From positions 1 through 51,761 of the forward strand of contig SFMJ01000001.1 of NCBI GenBank assembly GCA_004553095.1: DNA of 51,761 bases, given 5' to 3'. This DNA is from Bacteroidales bacterium (GTDB taxonomy: Bacteria > Bacteroidota > Bacteroidia > Bacteroidales > Muribaculaceae). The position numbers and the translations under genes are program-made. Shown piece by piece: positions 48,293 through 51,761 of the stretch; within the stretch, counting starts at the first letter, position 1, and each line of letters opens with the position of its first letter. Below the pieces are notes generated by a model, which worked only from the letters and a program-made list of their open reading frames with translations, was not told where the DNA came from and ran no database searches.

Positions 48293-49477
48293 TTATAGGC
48301 AGGAAATTTTGATTTTGGCGGCAGCCTCTTCGACTTTGTCACAAGCCTCTTCGACGGAGTCGGCTGTAGCGAGCATTACGCCCATGCGGCGATGGCCTTT
48401 GACTTCGGGTTTGCCGAAGATGCGCATATCAGTGCCGGGAGTGGCGAGTGCATCCTCCATACCGCTGAAGACGATGTCGGTAGAGACACCGTCGGCGAGG
48501 AGAGCACGGCTTGCCGAGGGGGCATAGAAGCGGATCTCGGGGATGGGGAGTCCGAGGAGTGCACGCACGTGTAGAGCGAACTCGGAGAGGTGCTGCGAGA
48601 TGAGTGTCACCATGCCGGTGTCGTGAGGACGGGGAGAGACTTCGGAGAAGATGACGTCGTCACCCTTGATGAAGAGTTCGACGCCGAAGATGCCATGGCC
48701 GCCGAGGGCGTCGGTGATCTTACGGGCTATCTCTTTAGCCTTGTCGAGGGCAACGGGCGACATGGCTTGGGGCTGCCAGCTGCGTTGGTAGTCGCCATCT
48801 TTCTGATAGTGCCCGATCGGAGGGCAGAAGGAAGTGCCGCCGATGTGACGCACAGTAAGGAGAGTGATCTCATAGTCGAAATCGACGAAACCCTCGACGA
48901 TGACGGCACCATGTCCGGCGCGTCCACCCTCTTGCGCCTCTTTCCAAGCCTTGGCGACATCCTCTTGACGGCGCACCAAGCTCTGACCATGACCCGAAGA
49001 ACTCATCACCGGCTTAACGACGCAGGGGAGACCGATGCGATCGACGGCAGCTACGAACTCCTCCTCGGTGTCGGCAAACTCAAAGGGGGATGTGGGGAGA
49101 CCCAGTGTGACGGCAGCGAGGTTGCGAATCTCGCGACGATTCATGGTAGTAAAAGTGGCTTTGGCGGTGGGCACCACATTCCAACCCTCCTTCTCGAGGG
49201 CGATCAGGGTGGGGGTGGCGATAGCCTCGATCTCGGGGATGATGTAGTCGGGCTTCTCCTCCTCGACGATGCTACGCAGTGCATCGCCATCGAGCATTGA
49301 CACGACGATCGAACGATCTGCCACATGCATGGCAGGAGCGTTGGGATACTTGTCGAGGGCTACCACTACAACGCCATAGCGCTGCAATTCGATAGTCACT
49401 TCCTTACCAAGTTCGCCACTTCCGAGCAATAATGCCTTCTTGCCGCGAGGCGTAAACGGGGTTCCGATTTCAACCAT
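48293..49477 (-). CDS. purT: Formate-dependent phosphoribosylglycinamide formyltransferase
   Basis: [32 protein letters not shown] and RRMGV motifs; start trimmed to MVEIGTP. Confidence 0.96.
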   Translation of the reverse strand: MVEIGTPFTPRGKKALLLGSGELGKEVTIELQRYGVVVVALDKYPNAPAMHVADRSIVVSMLDGDALRSIVEEEKPDYIIPEIEAIATPTLIALEKEGWNVVPTAKATFTTMNRREIRNLAAVTLGLPTSPFEFADTEEEFVAAVDRIGLPCVVKPVMSSSGHGQSLVRRQEDVAKAWKEAQEGGRAGHGAVIVEGFVDFDYEITLLTVRHIGGTSFCPPIGHYQKDGDYQRSWQPQAMSPVALDKAKEIARKITDALGGHGIFGVELFIKGDDVIFSEVSPRPHDTGMVTLISQHLSEFALHVRALLGLPIPEIRFYAPSASRALLADGVSTDIVFSGMEDALATPGTDMRIFGKPEVKGHRRMGVMLATADSVEEACDKVEEAAAKIKISCL

Positions 49478-49699
49478 AACTGAAAATTTAGGATATTTTA
49501 AAGGTATTATGAGCGTGTATCGGAGAGAGACGTCGAGTCGGCCTCTCAAAATATGTTGCAAAGTTAGCGAATCTGCCAATATTTCGCAAATCATAAAAAA
49601 TAATCCTGCTGATTTTTTTAGAGATAGGTCATAGAAAAAATTAAGACTCTAAGATAGGATATAGATATAATTAATGGATAAAAACTGCGTTTTATTAAT

Positions 49700-49717
49700 T
49701 AAGAGCGTACGCTCTAA
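49700..49717. repeat. Footprint-like perfect palindrome
   Basis: TAA-GAGCGTACGCTC-TAA. Confidence 0.7.
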
Positions 49718-49737
49718 AGGACTAACCCAAACAGACA

Positions 49738-50769
49738 ATGATAAGTAAAGAGAATGCCGGTAAGTATCACGGCATATTGTTTATGGCGCTCTTCGCATGC
49801 GCTGCATTCTTCATCGGGCAGGCACAGCTGATGAAGGATTTGAGTTTTTCACCGCTGATCATCGGCATCATCCTTGGCATGATCTATGCCAACACGTTGC
49901 GATCGCAACTGCCGGAGACATGGGCTCCCGGCATCCAATATTGTTCGAAGCGGATCCTTCGACTGGGCATCATCTTGTATGGTTTCAGGCTGACATTCCA
50001 GGATGTAGTGGCAGTGGGCACTGCCGGCATTGTGGTGGATTTGATCATAGTGACTCTCACCATCTTGGGCGGCGTATGGATCGGCAAGATGCTGAAGATG
50101 GATAAGGAGACAGCGCTTCTGACTTCGATCGGCAGCAGTATCTGCGGGGCGGCGGCAGTACTGGGCGCCGAGGCTACACTCCGCACGAAGCCCTATAAGA
50201 CGGCTGTGTCGGTGGCTACGGTGGTGATCTTCGGCACAATCTCGATGTTCCTCTATCCTGCTCTCTACCGCGCCGGGGTCTTCTCGTTGGAGCCCTCGCA
50301 GATGGGTATTTATACCGGTTCGGCGCTTCATGAAGTGGCACACGTAGTTGGCGCCGGCAATGCCATGGGCGAAGAGATCGCCGGCATCGCGATTATCGTG
50401 AAGATGATCCGTGTGATGCTCCTGGTGCCGGTGTTGCTGATACTGAGTTGGTGGGTAGCCTCGACGGCACGCAAGTCATCGGGCGAAGGGGGCAAGGGCA
50501 AGATCGCCATACCCTGGTTCGCCTTCGGCTTCCTGCTCGTGATTGGCTTCAACTCCTTCGGATTGTTGCCGGCAGAGATGGTGAGCTGGATCAATGACTT
50601 CGATACCTATCTGCTGACCATGGCGATGGCGGCACTTGGCGCCGAGACCAGCTTTGACAAGTTTAAGAAAGCGGGCGCCAAACCCTTCATCCTCGCCACT
50701 TGCCTCTTCGCATGGCTCTTCAGCGCCGGCTATCTGATGGCAAAATACTTAGTTCCCTTGTTGCAATAA
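49738..50769 (+). CDS. YeiH/UPF0324 putative sulfate exporter family membrane protein
   Basis: LRLGIILYGF, GSSICGAAA, HEVAHVV and KMIRV motifs. Confidence 0.9.
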   Translation: MISKENAGKYHGILFMALFACAAFFIGQAQLMKDLSFSPLIIGIILGMIYANTLRSQLPETWAPGIQYCSKRILRLGIILYGFRLTFQDVVAVGTAGIVVDLIIVTLTILGGVWIGKMLKMDKETALLTSIGSSICGAAAVLGAEATLRTKPYKTAVSVATVVIFGTISMFLYPALYRAGVFSLEPSQMGIYTGSALHEVAHVVGAGNAMGEEIAGIAIIVKMIRVMLLVPVLLILSWWVASTARKSSGEGGKGKIAIPWFAFGFLLVIGFNSFGLLPAEMVSWINDFDTYLLTMAMAALGAETSFDKFKKAGAKPFILATCLFAWLFSAGYLMAKYLVPLLQ

Positions 50770-50790
50770 GTCGATAAGAATCTACATTTT

Positions 50791-50848
50791 GTGCCGAAAA
50801 GTGACCTGAAACGCATTTTCAAACGCCTCTCAGGTCACTTTTCGGCAC
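50791..50848. mobile_element. 58-bp MITE-like mini-element
   Basis: 19-bp perfect inverted repeat GTGCCGAAAAGTGACCTGA / TCAGGTCACTTTTCGGCAC, flanked by direct repeat ATTTT. Confidence 0.5.
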
Positions 50849-50996
50849 ATTTTGGCATATCCCAAAATATTATTCTTGGGAAAGGGATAGATGACTGTGA
50901 TATTTGCCGAAAGTTCGCCAAAATGAAGAAAAAAAGTACGTTTTGGCAAAGTTTCGGGGTAAATTTCAAAGTTTTTTGAAAAAAGATGTTGAAAAA

Positions 50997-51028
50997 TTTG
51001 GAGATAACGAAAAAAGGTGCTAACTTTG
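50997..51028 (+). promoter_or_regulatory. Promoter of tRNA-Pro
   Basis: TTTG-N20-TAACTTTG. Confidence 0.8.
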
Positions 51029-51088
51029 CACTCGCTTTAAGGGAGGTAACAAGCTTAAAGCTGAGACTCGAAAGAGAGTCGAAACATT

Positions 51089-51164
51089 CGGGGTGTAGCT
51101 CAGCCCGGTTTAGAGTACGCGTCTGGGGGGCGTGTGGTCGCTGGTTCGAATCCAGTCACCCCGA
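51089..51164 (+). tRNA. tRNA-Pro(GGG)
   Basis: CGGGGTG/CACCCCG acceptor stem, anticodon loop CTGGGGG, GGTTCGAATCC T-arm. Confidence 0.95.
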
Positions 51165-51173
51165 CTAAACCGC

Positions 51174-51206
51174 AGTACCGAAGCAGATGCTTCGGTACTT
51201 TTTTTT
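51174..51206 (+). terminator. Terminator after tRNA-Pro
   Basis: AGTACCGAAGCA-ga-TGCTTCGGTACT followed by a T run. Confidence 0.85.
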
Positions 51207-51264
51207 CGCCCAAAACAATGGGCCGGCTCTTTGGGAGCCAGCCCTTTGTGTGAATTATGGATGG

Positions 51265-51761
51265 TTACTCGAGGATGTAGAGCGCGCGGGCGGGGAGGCG
51301 CATCTCGCGAGCTATTGTTACCTTTTCTCCGGAGAGGATGTCGGTGAGTGTGGTGCCCTCAGGCATGATTTCGCGATAGATTGTGCCATCGATGACGTTT
51401 TCGCTATCGGTGCCGTTCATCATCACTACCACTCGTTTGCCTTTGTAGCTGCGCTCATAGACATACACCCCGTTTTCGGGCATAAAATGCTTGAGTGCGC
51501 CTTTTGAGATGACTTCGTTGCCACGTCGCCAGTTGGCAAGACGGCTGATGAAGTTCCATGCTTCGCGCTGCATGTCGGTGCGGCCTGCATCGACAAAGGC
51601 GTTTACTTTGTCACCGGGGAAACCGCCGGGCATGTCGCGGCGTACAAAGCCGTCGCTGCCCTCTTTACTGCCGTGCATGAGGAGTTCGTCGCCATAATAC
51701 ATCTGCGGGATGCCGCGGGTGGTGAGCATAAATGCAAATGCTTGTTTCCACCAGCCGAGAT
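51265..51761 (-). CDS. GH13 alpha-amylase/neopullulanase (SusA-like), C-terminal part; continues beyond the window
   Basis: TRGIPQMYYGDE, DGFVRRDMPGG and a cyclomaltodextrinase-type C-terminal domain. Confidence 0.85.
   Translation of the reverse strand, partial: LGWWKQAFAFMLTTRGIPQMYYGDELLMHGSKEGSDGFVRRDMPGGFPGDKVNAFVDAGRTDMQREAWNFISRLANWRRGNEVISKGALKHFMPENGVYVYERSYKGKRVVVMMNGTDSENVIDGTIYREIMPEGTTLTDILSGEKVTIAREMRLPARALYILE

Overview
This 51.8-kb window looks like a gut Bacteroidales chromosome (Muribaculaceae-like by gene content; inference). Most of it is housekeeping genes: xseAB, fba, queA, truB, uppP, ftsX, succinate CoA-transferase, miaB, xerD, surE, mtaB, aroQ, rbfA, tnaA, galM, purT, tRNA-Asp and tRNA-Pro, several with canonical TTTG-N20-TAnnTTTG promoters. 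The main signal is two compact phage-morphogenesis operons separated by about 9 kb of core genes. Module A (16242-22145, minus strand) encodes a small protein, a large terminase with intact motifs, a scaffold-like protein, a tail/head-closure-like protein and a portal. Module B (31547-34601, plus strand) encodes a major capsid, a small protein, an adaptor-like protein, a holin and an amidase. Neither module has an integrase, repressor or replication gene. They share a 13-bp promoter core, and CACTA(A/T)T heptamer arrays sit directly before three of their start codons. This fits a domesticated, multi-locus gene-transfer-agent-like system, but a fragmented relic prophage is not excluded. A second theme is a dense family of tiny intergenic TWA-GAG...CTC-TWA IS-like ends or footprints, collapsed inverted-repeat mini-elements and orphan gene fragments (two T9SS C-terminal domains and an ORF6N piece). 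Family assignments come from motif recognition only; no searches were run.
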